64,000 nucleotides of DNA from Rebecca billardiae RCC1528. Lineage: Eukaryota > Protista > Haptophyta. The position numbers and the translations under genes are program-made. Positions within the stretch are counted from its first letter, which is position 1. Each line of letters begins with the position of its first letter. Under the pieces are notes generated by a model. It was not told where the DNA came from and did not search any database. It was given only the letters and a program-made list of their open reading frames with translations. Shown here one piece after another: positions 38,991 to 50,393 of this stretch. The DNA lies in the NCBI GenBank assembly GCA_965240325.2, contig OZ251225.1, forward strand, positions 682,001-746,000. The letters run 5' to 3'.

Positions 38991-39389
38991 TATAACTCAC
39001 TGAACGCCGATATTACGGATATACGCCAATACTACGGCGGCCCGCGTAACGCGGCTTATTAGACCGTCGACAGCACTGGCTTAGTCCGCGTCAGTCAGCG
39101 CCCTGAGGCCTGAGCCGACGGTCTGACCGTTGACACCAAGCTTACCAGAGCGGTAGTCAGCTGTCTGTCAGCACGGGCGCTGTGACGGGCCTTGGTGCTC
39201 ATCTCGCCTCGAGGCGTGCAGCTCGCGCACTGTGTCCGGCGGAGTTTAGCGTCCATGGACGCGAAACTCGCCCCCGGACCGGGACGGGTTCAGGAGCTTC
39301 TTGGGACGGGTGGTCGGTCGGCTCTCCGTCCCCCTAAGATCTCGGGCCGCGGACAGCAGCGCTCCCCCGCCGTCCTCGCCCGCCCGCCG

Positions 39390-40580
39390 TCATCGGTCCC
39401 CGGCGTCACTGCCGCCCTCGTGCTCGCCCTCGTGCAGGACGCCGCCGCCGTACCCGCCCATCCCGTACCCGCCCACGTCGTCGTCCGCGCCCGCGCCCCC
39501 GAAGCCCCCGCCCTCGTCGTCCTCCGGCTCGGCCTCGTCCTCCGGCTCGCGCGGCTCCACGTCGTCGTGGTACTGCACCGCGTGGTCGATGGCCATCGTG
39601 ATCAGCTCGATCGACGACTCGTCGCTCGCGTCGAGCGGCATGAAGTTGACCATGCCGTAGTCGCTGATCAGGCTGCCGATCGCCGTGGTGAGCGCCGCGC
39701 GGCGCGCGTCGACGCCGGGGTCCGTGGCCAGCTCGGCCACCAGCTCGTCGATCGGCGGGTCGAGGAAGCGCTCCACCGCCGACTTGGTCGCCAGCAGGTC
39801 GACCTTGCTCAGCACGTTGATGTGCGGCAGCTCGAGCGCCGTCATGCACGAGAGGCAGGTGAGCACGCCCTGCGGGGACGGAGGGCGGCGTGGGGCGGGG
39901 AGAGGCCGGCGCGGGCGATGGGCGGAAAGCACGCGCGCGCGCCACGCGCGCGGGGCGCGTCTGCGCGGCCGTGCGCCCTCCAGCACCGCCCTGGCCGCCG
40001 CGGCCACCCCGCCGCGCCGTCCGCACCGACATGTACTTGGGCGGGTCGATCATGAACTGCGAGTCGAGGAGGTAGACGGCGGCCATGGAGAAGTCCATGC
40101 GCTGCAGCTCGTTGACGAGCGTGCGCATCACTGGCACGTGCGAGAAGAGCTCGATCTGCCCCGGGCAGTCGAACGCGACGTAGCTGTCGTTCCCGAGCTG
40201 CTCGAGCTCGTCGCGCAGCCAGTCGATGTTGTCGACGAGGTACTCCATGCAGAAGACGAGGCCGCCGTTCGGGCCCAGCTCCATCTCCTCCATCACGTCC
40301 TCCAGGCTGATCAGCTCGCGCACGTCAACCGCTACCTGCGAGCCGCGCAGAGCGCCGCGCACAGACCCTGAGCCTGCGCGCGTGCACACGTGTGCGTGCA
40401 ATGTGCGCGCAGCGCGCGTGCGTGCGCGCGCACGTCGTAGTTGAACTGCTCCGCCGCGGGGTCCAGGTTGACCACGTGAAGTCGGCGGTGGACGGCTTGC
40501 ATGTGCTCGTTCAGCCGGCCGCAGTACGTGGACTTTCCGGAGCCCGCCGGTCCCATCACCAGCTGGCCGCATCGCCCCAT
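39390..40580 (-). CDS. GPN3: GPN-loop GTPase 3; exons 40580-40434, 40335-40027, 39869-39390
   Basis: [73 protein letters not shown]; two GT-AG introns. Confidence 0.93.
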
Positions 40581-40745
40581 CGCCGGTCGCGGTCGCTCGC
40601 TACCTGGTAATCGCCAAAGCCCTCGCGCAGTCGCGCGGTTCGCGCCCGCCAATGACCGGACCAGCCTTCCACACAGGCACACAGCCCGTTTATCGCGCCC
40701 AGTCACCCACCGCCGCGCGTCGGTGTCTGGAGGGACGCGACGGCC

Positions 40746-41399
40746 ATGCGTCCCCCGTCGCTGCTGTGCGTCCTCTTGGTGGCGCCAAGCGCCACAGCCA
40801 TCGGCCAGCTCAACCCTCTCAAATGGCTGCACATGCAGAAAGTGGTGACGGCCATGCTGGCGAACAACGTGCTGCCGCATAGCGAGATCCTCGAGCTCAC
40901 CGCCACCGTCGACACGAAGACGCTTACGTACTACACGACGCCCAACAAGGTGACCCTGTGCTCGCTGCAGCCCGTGGACTCGTCCCTAGTGGCTGCCGCG
41001 GCGAAGGCAGCCAATGTCGCCGTCGATTCCCTCCCTCCGATGCAGGCCGACCCGCTCGATCTCCCAGTGCATGAGGGCGCGTACGATGCAGTGGTCTGCT
41101 TCCAAGTGCTGTGCCAGCTCAGCACAGATGACGTCACACGCGCTATCGAACGCGCGCAGGCAGCTCTTCGGCCTGGCGGGCGGCTCGTGTGGATCGAACC
41201 AGATGGTAAAGAGCAGCTGTCCACGATGATCTCGGCCTCGTGGCTCGAGACGTGCGGCCGCGCTGCCGAGGTGTTTGCAGACGCCGAGGAGGGCTACTCG
41301 CTCGGCGTGGCGGTCAAGCCCCGCGTGGTCGCGGGGCGCAGCCGCTCGGAGCGGGGGCGACGGAAGAATGAGGGCAAGGGCTTTGGCAGAACAGTGTGA
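40746..41399 (+). CDS. Class I SAM-dependent methyltransferase-like protein with N-terminal signal/targeting peptide
   Basis: [23 protein letters not shown]...[13 protein letters not shown] motifs; hydrophobic N-terminus. Confidence 0.7.
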   Translation: MRPPSLLCVLLVAPSATAIGQLNPLKWLHMQKVVTAMLANNVLPHSEILELTATVDTKTLTYYTTPNKVTLCSLQPVDSSLVAAAAKAANVAVDSLPPMQADPLDLPVHEGAYDAVVCFQVLCQLSTDDVTRAIERAQAALRPGGRLVWIEPDGKEQLSTMISASWLETCGRAAEVFADAEEGYSLGVAVKPRVVAGRSRSERGRRKNEGKGFGRTV

Positions 41400-42289
41400 C
41401 CCCAGGGAGTCTCCACTTCAGCCACCATTTACCGCGCCCAAGCGGGGAGGCAGGCGTCACCCGACGAGTCCGTTGCTGAGCTGCGGCATAGCCTGGCCGC
41501 ATTCGGCATGTAAGGGATAAGGCATTCGCAATGTGCGCGGGCCGGCGGGGCCTCGCTGCCTCTGAACTCGTGCCTACTCGGCTACTCGCGGAGCGCGGGT
41601 CCGGGAGCGGTCGCCATCCATGACGATGCTCCCGGGGCGCATGGACGACCGAATGCGGGGCGGGCGCCATCTTAGAGTGACATGGCATCTGACGAGTCTG
41701 ACGACATCGGACATGGCATAATCTCAACTCAATCTGCTAGGTGAGACTGGCAACGAGTGTAAGAGTTACGAGAGACAGACGAATCTGGAATCAGATCCGA
41801 CTCTGACCGATGGCCCCGGCGGAATGCGGACGATGCGGCCCGTGCCAATAACGAGTCATATATCAATAACTCATCACTCTGCAATGCTCGTCATAACTCA
41901 TATAAATAAGTGATGCATGCTGATGACTACATCATGTGATTGTGCCAATGACAGTGATCCTCTCGCGGATGATTCAGGACGATAGTATGCTGATCGGTTC
42001 GCGACAACGGTAGCTTGCTCATGAGTGAGTAAGCTCAAGGGCGGTAGTAAGCTACTACTGTTGAACAAGCCATCGTCAGTGATCAGAGCGGCAGAGCCAG
42101 CAAGCCCAAGGCGACCCGAAGGGGCTGACGCCCGCATGACGGGCCCCACGTGACACGGGCACCGCGCCGTCGACGCCTGGCACCACTCACCAGCGGCTCG
42201 ACCCGCCGCAGCAGCGGGCGCGCGGAGCTCAGTGGCTGGAAGCCGCTGCCTGCCACCGCAAGGGCATCGGCGCCGGGCGCACCAGCCGT

Positions 42290-43534
42290 TCAGTACACGT
42301 GCCGGTCCGAGCACTCGTCATCATCCAGCTCGTCGTCGTCGTGCAGCCCGACCACACCCAGCCGGTGCTCGTCGTCGTCCGACGCCTCGTCGACTTCCTC
42401 CTCGTCCGAGGGTGGCGGGGGCGCGTCCTCCTCCTCTGCCGGATGCTCGTCCGGGCCCTCCTCAACAATCACGCGCTCGTCTGCTGCGCCGTCCTCGGTC
42501 GGGACAGTGGCGTCGACGGCGCCGAGCGCGGGCGCAGGGCTCTCGCCCGCACTGGGGGCTGCGCTGCCCGCCGCCGCAGCAGCAGTGCTCGCTCGTGCTG
42601 TGCCCAGCGCAGCACTCGCGCGGGCGAGGTCGTCCGCAGTGGCCACAGCCTGGTTGCGAGCCAGGCCGCGCAGGATGCCTGTCGTGTCGGCCGGTAGCCT
42701 TGCGACGGTGGGCACGTCCGGCGCCGCCGGTGGGACGGCCGGGCGTACCGAAGGCGCCTCGGCTCCAGCCGCTGCGGTCGGCGCCGGCCGTGCGGCGCGC
42801 GCCGCCTGCACCTGCGCCGCGATCGCCTGCAGCTCAGTCGGGTTGGCAGGCAGCCGGCGGGAGAGCGCGGCGGTGATCCTCGCCGGCTGCTCGCGCTCCT
42901 CGCGCTTGAACTTGAGCTTGATCTGTCGCCTCGTGCGGTGCGGCATGATCCGCTCGATCAGCGAGAAGTCTGTGCCGTAGCGCGAGAGCGCCGAGTAGAA
43001 GGCCTCGGTCTCCTCGGCCGTCCACTTCTCCGAGGGCGTTTTGTTCATGTACGTGCCGTACGTGACGGAGCTATTGCCCTCGATCACGAGCGACGGCTCC
43101 TCGAGCCGCGCGTCCGGCCGGCCCGCGGTGATCTCGAGCGACTGCTCGTCAATCACGATCCGTCCGTCGATGATGCGCACCTGAGGCGCAAACACGGGAT
43201 CGTCGTCACCTGGCCCGGGGCCGGCGGCATCCTCGTCACCATCGGCGGCGGCGCCGGCAGCTCCGGAAGCAGCGCCGCTCGCGCCATCCGCGCCGCCGGC
43301 TACGCGCGGGAAGGACCCCCCACCGTGTGCGCTGCAGCAGCCGCGGATCGCGCCGCGGTACGCCGCCTCCTCCTCAGCGTCCTGGTCAGCGAGTGTGCTG
43401 TCGAGCGGCTGCTTGCGCTTCCTGCGCGACTGGCGCTCGAGCGCCTCCTTCATGGGGACGCCTTTCGGGCACTTCCGGATGAGCTCGCTGACCGTCATGT
43501 GCTGCACGCTCTCCATGGCCTCCTGGGCGTTCAT
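42290..43534 (-). CDS. BDP1: TFIIIB subunit B'' (Bdp1) homologue, SANT/Myb domain
   Basis: APQVRIIDGRIVIDEQSL and KWTAEETEAFYSALSRYGTDFSLIERIMPHRTRRQIKLKFKREER are characteristic Bdp1 motifs; ATG at 43534. Confidence 0.9.
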   Translation of the reverse strand: MNAQEAMESVQHMTVSELIRKCPKGVPMKEALERQSRRKRKQPLDSTLADQDAEEEAAYRGAIRGCCSAHGGGSFPRVAGGADGASGAASGAAGAAADGDEDAAGPGPGDDDPVFAPQVRIIDGRIVIDEQSLEITAGRPDARLEEPSLVIEGNSSVTYGTYMNKTPSEKWTAEETEAFYSALSRYGTDFSLIERIMPHRTRRQIKLKFKREEREQPARITAALSRRLPANPTELQAIAAQVQAARAARPAPTAAAGAEAPSVRPAVPPAAPDVPTVARLPADTTGILRGLARNQAVATADDLARASAALGTARASTAAAAAGSAAPSAGESPAPALGAVDATVPTEDGAADERVIVEEGPDEHPAEEEDAPPPPSDEEEVDEASDDDEHRLGVVGLHDDDELDDDECSDRHVY

Positions 43535-43707
43535 CGTGGCCGACAGTAGAGCACGATGGCGACCGCCCGCGCGCACGGCAAAAAAGAGTCCGCGCACGCG
43601 CGCGCGCGGCGCCCGCCGCCACGCGAGGCTCTCGCGAGATTTCAGATTATTTTGGCGTCGCAGCATGGCTCCGCAGCCGTGACTCAGGAGCACCCTTGCA
43701 AGGGCCC

Positions 43708-44940
43708 ATGAAGCGAGGACGCGACGACAGCGTCCGTGGCCTCGCGGGCAAGTATGCAGAGCTTCACCCGTGGCACCCTTCGCCCGTGCTCTTCGAGCGC
43801 GTACTCTACCCTTCGCTCGAGCATGCGTACGTGGCCGCAACCGCAGGAGACGGCGCGCAGGCAGCAGACTTGCGCGCGCGCCTTGCCAGTGCAGAGTCCG
43901 TCACGGCGTCGAAGGCCCGCTCGATGGGCTCCCCGGACACGCTCGACACCAAGCGCCGCCTGGCCGCCATGCGCGCGCTGCTCCGCGACAAGATGATGCG
44001 CCACCCGCGCTGCAAGCAGCTGCTGCTGGAGACGGTCGACGCGCGCATCTACCACGACGACGACACGGCCGACGAGTTCTGGGGCGTGCGCTCGGGCGTG
44101 GGCTCGAACCACCTCGGCGTGCTACTCGAGAGCGTGCGCACCGAGATCTCCGCGGGCAAGCAGGTGAGCACCTGGGTCAGCTCGGTCTGCGAGCCGCTCC
44201 CCGCAGACTCTGTGCCGGGCGTGAGCGTGAGTGTCGAGCGGAAGGGCGTCGAGATCGACAAGCGCGCGCTCGACGGCAGCCGCGCGTTCCACACGGTGGG
44301 CAAGTTCGAGTCGTCTGACTTTGTGCTCGAGCACGTGTCCAGCTCGCGCAAGCACGCCCTCCTTGCCTTCGACGCGCGCTCGACCAGTGGCCTCGCAGTG
44401 ATCGACCTCGGCTCGAAGGCAGGCACCTGGCTCGACGGCGCGCGCGTCGCGCCGCTCGTACCCACAGACCTGCCGACTGGCGCCGAGCTGGTGTTCGGCC
44501 AGGGCTCCTCGCGCGTGTTCAGGGTGAGCGTGGACGTGCACCGCCTGATCAGCGCGCTCGAGCAGCGCCGCGCCCAGCTGCGCTCCGAGGTGGCGCAGCT
44601 CGAGCGCGACGTCGCTGACGAGAAGAGCGGCTTTGGCCTCGTCGCGTCCAAGCGGGTCGACCCGAGCCGGCGCACGTGCTTCGTGGGCAACCTGCCGTAC
44701 GAGGTGGAGGAGGGCGACGTGAAGGAGCTCTTCGGCGCGTATGGCGCGGTGTCGCGGGTGAACTTGCCGCTCGACCGCGAGACGAACAAGCCGCGCGGCA
44801 TCGCCTTTGTCGAGTTCGCCCACGCGGCGGATGCGCACGCTGCGTGCGCGCTCTCGGGCGAAGACTTCCTCGGCCGCACGCTCAAGGTGGAGTTGGCACA
44901 GCCATCGGCACCGAGGCCAGCGCCGCGCAGCCCGCGCTGA
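43708..44940 (+). CDS. NADAR (YbiA-like) - FHA - coiled coil - RRM fusion protein
   Basis: NADAR: YPSLEHAY...MRALLRDK...LLLET...DEFWG...GSNHLGVLLESVR. FHA: SSSRKHA...VIDLGSKAGTWLDG. RRM: CFVGNLPY (RNP2) and RGIAFVEF (RNP1). Single intronless ORF. Confidence 0.85.
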   Translation: MKRGRDDSVRGLAGKYAELHPWHPSPVLFERVLYPSLEHAYVAATAGDGAQAADLRARLASAESVTASKARSMGSPDTLDTKRRLAAMRALLRDKMMRHPRCKQLLLETVDARIYHDDDTADEFWGVRSGVGSNHLGVLLESVRTEISAGKQVSTWVSSVCEPLPADSVPGVSVSVERKGVEIDKRALDGSRAFHTVGKFESSDFVLEHVSSSRKHALLAFDARSTSGLAVIDLGSKAGTWLDGARVAPLVPTDLPTGAELVFGQGSSRVFRVSVDVHRLISALEQRRAQLRSEVAQLERDVADEKSGFGLVASKRVDPSRRTCFVGNLPYEVEEGDVKELFGAYGAVSRVNLPLDRETNKPRGIAFVEFAHAADAHAACALSGEDFLGRTLKVELAQPSAPRPAPRSPR

Positions 44941-46305
44941 TGAGCGGGCCGTCGATGGGCCCGGCCAGGCGGCCGCTGCGGGACTAGCCGCTTGCGACTC
45001 GGCGGCGCTGCCGCCCTGCATGACCCGCGCGCCGTCGCCCGTGCCGCATCCGATTATCCGAACCGAATCATATCGGCAGTATAACATCTATTATATATAT
45101 ATAATAATATGACCGCGTTCCGCGGTCCTTTTCCGTAGAACGAACGTAGTTCAGGGCCCGCGGTGGCGGTGCACCCTCCATCGCAGTCGTCTATTGACAG
45201 ACCCGGAGTTGCATGCCCGTACAACTAGACTCCAGCGGCGCGCCGCCGCCCGCCGCGCCGGGCGCGGGCCCATCGCACTTCGCAGCCGCCGGCGCGGCGC
45301 CGATTGTGTACAGGCGGATCCGACGAGGCGTGATCGACGCATGAGCGCGACTCCACGTGCACGCCAGGCCACGCGAAGCTGACAGCCAGGGAGCACGGTG
45401 CGGGGCCGCGGATTCGTTCGGGCCGCTGCTGCTGACTGACCGACTGTGGCGCTGTCCGCCGCGGGTCACCGCGCACCGGCAGCGCCAGGATAGTACAGTA
45501 GATGATTTGCACTGGTCCGAGTAGGGTTCGACCAGCGCCTGCGCGACGGCCGACAGGCGGGCGCGAGGCGTGATCGACGCATGAGCGCAACTCTACGTGC
45601 ACGCCAGGCCACGCGGAGCTGACAGCCCGAGGGAGCACGGTGCCGAGGTCGGAGGTGCGAGCGGGCACCAGTGTCCAGTCACGGATCGTTCGCGCACGCC
45701 GCGCGTGCACGGGCTGACACACCTCGATCAGGCTCGGCACGCGTTGCAGAGGCACAGCCAGCTCTGGGGACGTCACGCACCACCGTCGCCCGCGCAGCTC
45801 GTCCTCCTCGTAGAGTACCGTGCAGTTCCGAGGCGTAGCCCTCGCTCAGAGTCGACCGTCGACGATGGATGGACTCGGATCGTCGGCGCTCCCCGGAAAG
45901 GCATGGCAAGGGCGGCGCGTGGTGAAGTCGAAGACTCAGAGATCGATCAGTCCGGCATCAGGCGCCGCTGCCCCCGAGCTTGCGAGAGCCCGAATACAGG
46001 GCGGCTGCCGCGGCGCGGCCCGGCCGGGCGCCCCGGCGACCGGGCGCGCGGCCGCGCGCAGGCATCGACACGGGGCGGCGGGGGCGCGCGGAGTGAGCGG
46101 GGGCACGAACGCGATGTCGACGGCAGTCGGGACCCGCCGCAGCCGCGCGCTCCAGGCGCCACTCGCCGCGCGCACCTGCCCATCGCCGTCCTCACCCGTC
46201 GGTCGCTCGTGGCTGGCGCCTCCTGAGCTCCTGTCGCCGCAGCCGCGGCGTGCAAACGCGGGCCGCACACGCCGCGCGGGCGCCGCGCCCCCTCCGGCTC
46301 CGACC

Positions 46306-48580
46306 AAGGGCGGTAAGGGCTGTCAACTCCCAGTGGCGCCGAGTGGCGGAGGTTGGGGCAAGGGTACATAGTAAGGGTGAGCAACTCCGCTGGCGACAGC
46401 CGCGGAGGTCGGGAGGGCTCTGTTTGCCTCGGCGCCCGGTGCGAGCGGAGCGGAGCGAGTACTATCAGCGGCGGAGGGCGCTGAGGCCGCGCACGGCGTG
46501 AGGCGCGGCGTCGGCCGAGTCGGTCCGCGGAGGATGCGCGGCGCTCGGCCCGCTGCGCAGCGGCAGTGCACCTCACTTTGCCCCGAGCGCCGTCCTCCTC
46601 GTCGCCTCCTTCCCGCCTTGGAGCAGCACGCATGTGCGCGCCGCCGCATCGAATGCGGCACAGGCTTGCTCAGACGACCGCGCGCGCGTGGCGCGCGACT
46701 TGGTCGGCTGCGCGCGCGTGCTGCCGCGGTGCAATGTAGCGCCACCGCATACGCGCCGTGCCCGCGCGAGAGCGTGTGCATGGACGTGAGTGCGAGCTCA
46801 CACACATGTCAAGAGTGCTGTCATGGCAGCACAGTGCTGGCAACTGAAGTAAGCTAGAGAAGACAGCAGCGTGAGTGTTAGTACCATCGATGCGGAGCCT
46901 TAGCGTCCGCTTGCGTTCGTGCTGAGAAGGGATACACAAGACTAGGCCTTCGTCCTGGGTATCCAATGTCACTCAACACCTCGCTGATCGACCCGACGAG
47001 CGTCGGCGTGAGGCACAGCGAAACATTCGTGAGAGCAACAGACAAGCGAGCACTACGCTCATGAGATGGCCGTGAGCAAAGGCTCGCGCGGGCACGGCGC
47101 GCGTATACGGTGGCGCTACCTTGCCCCGCGGCAGCGCGCGCGTGCGGTCGACCAAGTCGCGCGCCACGCGCGCGCGGTCGTCTGAGCAAGCCCGTGCCGC
47201 ATTCGATGCGGCGGCGCGCACATGCGTGCTGCTCCAAGGCGGGAAGAAGGCGACGCGGAGGACGGCGCTTGGAGCAAAGTGAGGTGCACTGCCGCTGCGC
47301 AGCGGGCCAAGAGCCGCGCATCCTCCGCGGACCGACTCGGCCGACGCCGCGCCTCACGCCGTGCGCGGCCTCAGCGCCCTCCGCCGCTGATAGTACTCGC
47401 TCCGCTCCGCTCGCACCGGGCGCCGAGGCACTGACAGAGCCCTCCCGTCGCCAGCGGAGTTGCTCACCCTTACTACCCTTGGTTGGGGGCCCCTCAACTC
47501 GTGCGGCCGCGCGGCGCAGCGGCTAAGTCTCCTGGGGCGCCGCCCTGGAGGGCGCGTGGGGTGCGCACGCCGCGGGCTCCTGCGCCCGCGGCAGCGGCCG
47601 CGGACACGGCGCGCGTGGTTGGTCGCCTGCTAGACAGCACGTAGTACCCTCCCACGCCGCGCGCCGCGCTCGCCGGTGCCCTCGCCGCGCCTCAGGCCAG
47701 CCGCGCACGCGCGCCGCGCCAATGGCCAGCCGTGGCCACGAGCCAGCCGCCGGCGCGCGCGCGGTGCGCGGTGCGGTCGGCGCGGGTCGGGCGCGCGCCC
47801 GGGGCGAGGCTCGCGTATGATGGGCGCGCGGCATGCCGCCTCGCGCCGCCGCGCTGACGCCCGCATGGGTCGGCGCGCACGCGTTTACATGCTGTCGAGT
47901 GTGCATTGCCATGTTTGAAAATGCTCACGTTGAGACGATCATGGGACGGCAGCGACGCGTGATAGACAAGCGCAGACCACTAATATGTGCACGGCCAGCC
48001 TCATGTCATGGCAAGCAAGTCCCCGAGTGCCCGCGTTCGTCGCACTGATGCGCTCACAACCACTTATCCAAGCTCATTTCTGATGGCCGAGGAATGCTCG
48101 ACGAGCACTCTTCAGCAGCCGCGTGCAACGTGATCAAGCTCGTGGGTGGCGGCGCGAGGCGGCATGACGCGCGCCCATCATACGCGAGCCTCGCCCCGGG
48201 CGCGCGCCCGACCCGCGCCGACCGCACCGCGCACCGCGCGCGCGCCGGCGGCTGGCTCGTGGCCACGGCTGGCCATTGGCGCGGCGCGCGTGCGCGGCTG
48301 GCCTGAGGCACGGCGAGGGCACCGGCAAGCGCGGCGCGCGGCGTGGGAGGGTACTACGTGCTGTCTAGCAGGCGACCAACCACGCGCGCCGTGTCCGCGG
48401 CCGCTGCCGCGGGCGCAGGAGCCCGCGGCGTGCGCACCCCACGCGCCCTCCAGGGCGGCGCCCCAGGAGACTTCGCCGCTGCGCCGCGAGGCCGCACGAG
48501 TGAGGCCGCACGAGTTGAGGGGCACGGAACCTCCGCCACTCGGCGCCACTGGTCAGGAGTTGACAGCCCTTACCGCCCTT
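46306..48580. mobile_element. MULE-like foldback element A (long TIRs, ~430 bp)
   Basis: Ends AAGGGCGGTAAGGGCTGTCAACTC / GAGTTGACAGCCCTTACCGCCCTT; 9-bp TSD GCTCCGACC/GCTCCGACT. The left TIR is split by element B and resumes at 47481, pairing with ~48150-48580. Confidence 0.8.
46360..47480. mobile_element. MULE-like foldback element B (~400-bp TIRs) nested in the left TIR of element A
   Basis: Ends AAGGGTA[CATA]GTAAGGGTGAGCAACTC / GAGTTGCTCACCCTTACTACCCTT; 9-bp TSD GGTTGGGGC/GGTTGGGGG. Confidence 0.8.
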
Positions 48581-48999
48581 GCTCCGACTATACGGATAGC
48601 TGCGGCGGGTATTTTCAATCTCTCGCACTATTGGAGTTGGTTGGACGATTATGTCAACGGTCGTTCTTGGCATCTTGCAGCGGCGAGGCCATATTATTTT
48701 ACTATGGTCACACTACATTAAGGAGAGTCTACCCACAATTACCCTGCCTCGCACACTTGGGCGCGGGTTTCGTTGATTCCTCTGTTCACTATTCAAGACG
48801 GCGGACGCGCCCTTTTTCGACGAGGATGCACCTGTAAGGGAGTCTCGAAATTCGAAACTCGGTCTCCTCCAGCCCTGAAAATCGTCCCCCGTCCCTTTTT
48901 TCTTTGATCAAAGATCTTTTTGAAACGTGGTTCGGGCCCGCTGGTGCGGGCTCCACGCTGCGCGCTCCGCCCTGCACCGCGGGCCATAATTAATAATTA

Positions 49000-50291
49000 T
49001 GGCCCGCGGTGCAGGGCGGAGCGCGCAGCGTGGAGCCCGCACCAGCGGGCCCGAACCACGTTTCAAAAAGATCTTTATGATCAAGAAAAAAGGGACGGGG
49101 GGCGGCGGAAAAAAAGGGACGGGGGGCGATTTTTAGGGCTGGCGGAGACCGAGTTTCGAGTTTTTGAGATCGCATTGAGAGGTCTATCAGGCCAAAAAAA
49201 AGCGCGCCCAGCTGATTCCCTTAAGTAAAGTGCGATCTGGACGTCAGCTGGACGTGACATTAGTGTAACGGTTCGTTACGAGCGAATATCGTACTCGTCT
49301 TCCCGGATCGCGTGACGTCCGGACTGGGCCACATCCGGATCGTCGGAGGTGACGTGCCCCGGCACGATGGGCGATGGCGGATATGCGGGACGGCGCCTGC
49401 ACGTGCCTCCGGACCCGCCTCCCGCTTGCTGCTCACGCAGTCAGCTGCGACCGTGGCGCATGATCGCAGAAGCAGTGCCGGCAGTACGGCCTGCATCAGC
49501 TAGTGCCGCGCCGTCGTGGCGCGCGCGGTACGGTTGCGCGTTTGCAGCGCTCGCCACTCGCCCTCGGCGACGGCACGCGCGTGCGGCTCAGGTGTGTCAA
49601 ATGCGGTCTCGTCGGCGCGCTTTCGCCTGCCACCTCGTGCACCCGTGCCGCCAGTTTCATCGTCTTCATGAGGACTGCTGCTGCTGTCGCCATCCGCTCT
49701 CCATCACCCCGAGTCGCCGGTCGCGCGGCGCGCGCGGTAGGCACTAGGCAGGGCGTACGGTCACTCACCCGTGCAACGGGTCAAGTGGCCAGAGTACGTC
49801 TGGTCGTTGGCTGGCACGGGCCGCAGCGCTAAAGCACCCTGCTGTCACACCCGACTCCTTCAGTACTCCGAGCTCCGCGGCACGACTCACTCGGCACGAT
49901 CGCGGACGGGTCGGATCCGAGCTGATCAGCCAGAGTTGGACACAGTTTGGCAGCTACTAGTAGTAATTCCGATGCCGATGGCACGATCGCGGACGGGTCG
50001 GATCCGAGCTGATCAGCCAGTTGGACATTTGGCAGCTAGTTGTCAGACGGACGTCCGATTTGACGACCGGTGCCGGGTGCGGTCTCAGGTCCGCTGCTGT
50101 GATTGTGTGAAGTGTGAATGAGTCTCGCGGTCGCGCAGGCAGGGCGACGGTCGGACTAATATAGCTTCAGTCATCTCAGAACCGACTTCAACTGGCGAAC
50201 TGCCACTACGGCGGAGAGCCGCGATTGCACGGCCACCGCGGGCCCCCAACTGCGTTGATTCTATGCAGAAAAGGACCGCGGAACGCGGTCA
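49000..50291 (+). mobile_element. Hairpin-ended TA-associated element, copy 3 (head-to-head with copy 2)
   Basis: Starts TGGCCCGCGGTGCAGGGC and ends GGACCGCGGAACGCGGTCA, followed by TA repeats. Confidence 0.7.
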
Positions 50292-50311
50292 TATATATAA
50301 CATCCAATAGA

Positions 50312-50314
<3 letters not shown>

Positions 50315-50387
<73 letters not shown>
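50315..50387. repeat. (TA)n microsatellite (shorter TA runs also at ~50292-50299 and ~50448-50466)
   Basis: Direct reading. Confidence 0.97.

Positions 50388-50393
<6 letters not shown>

Larger units (their letters stand above)
45110..48986 (-). mobile_element. Hairpin-ended TA-associated element, copy 2 (contains nested MULE-like insertions)
   Basis: Same two ends as 19358-20769; about 1.6 kb after removing the nested elements. Confidence 0.7.
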
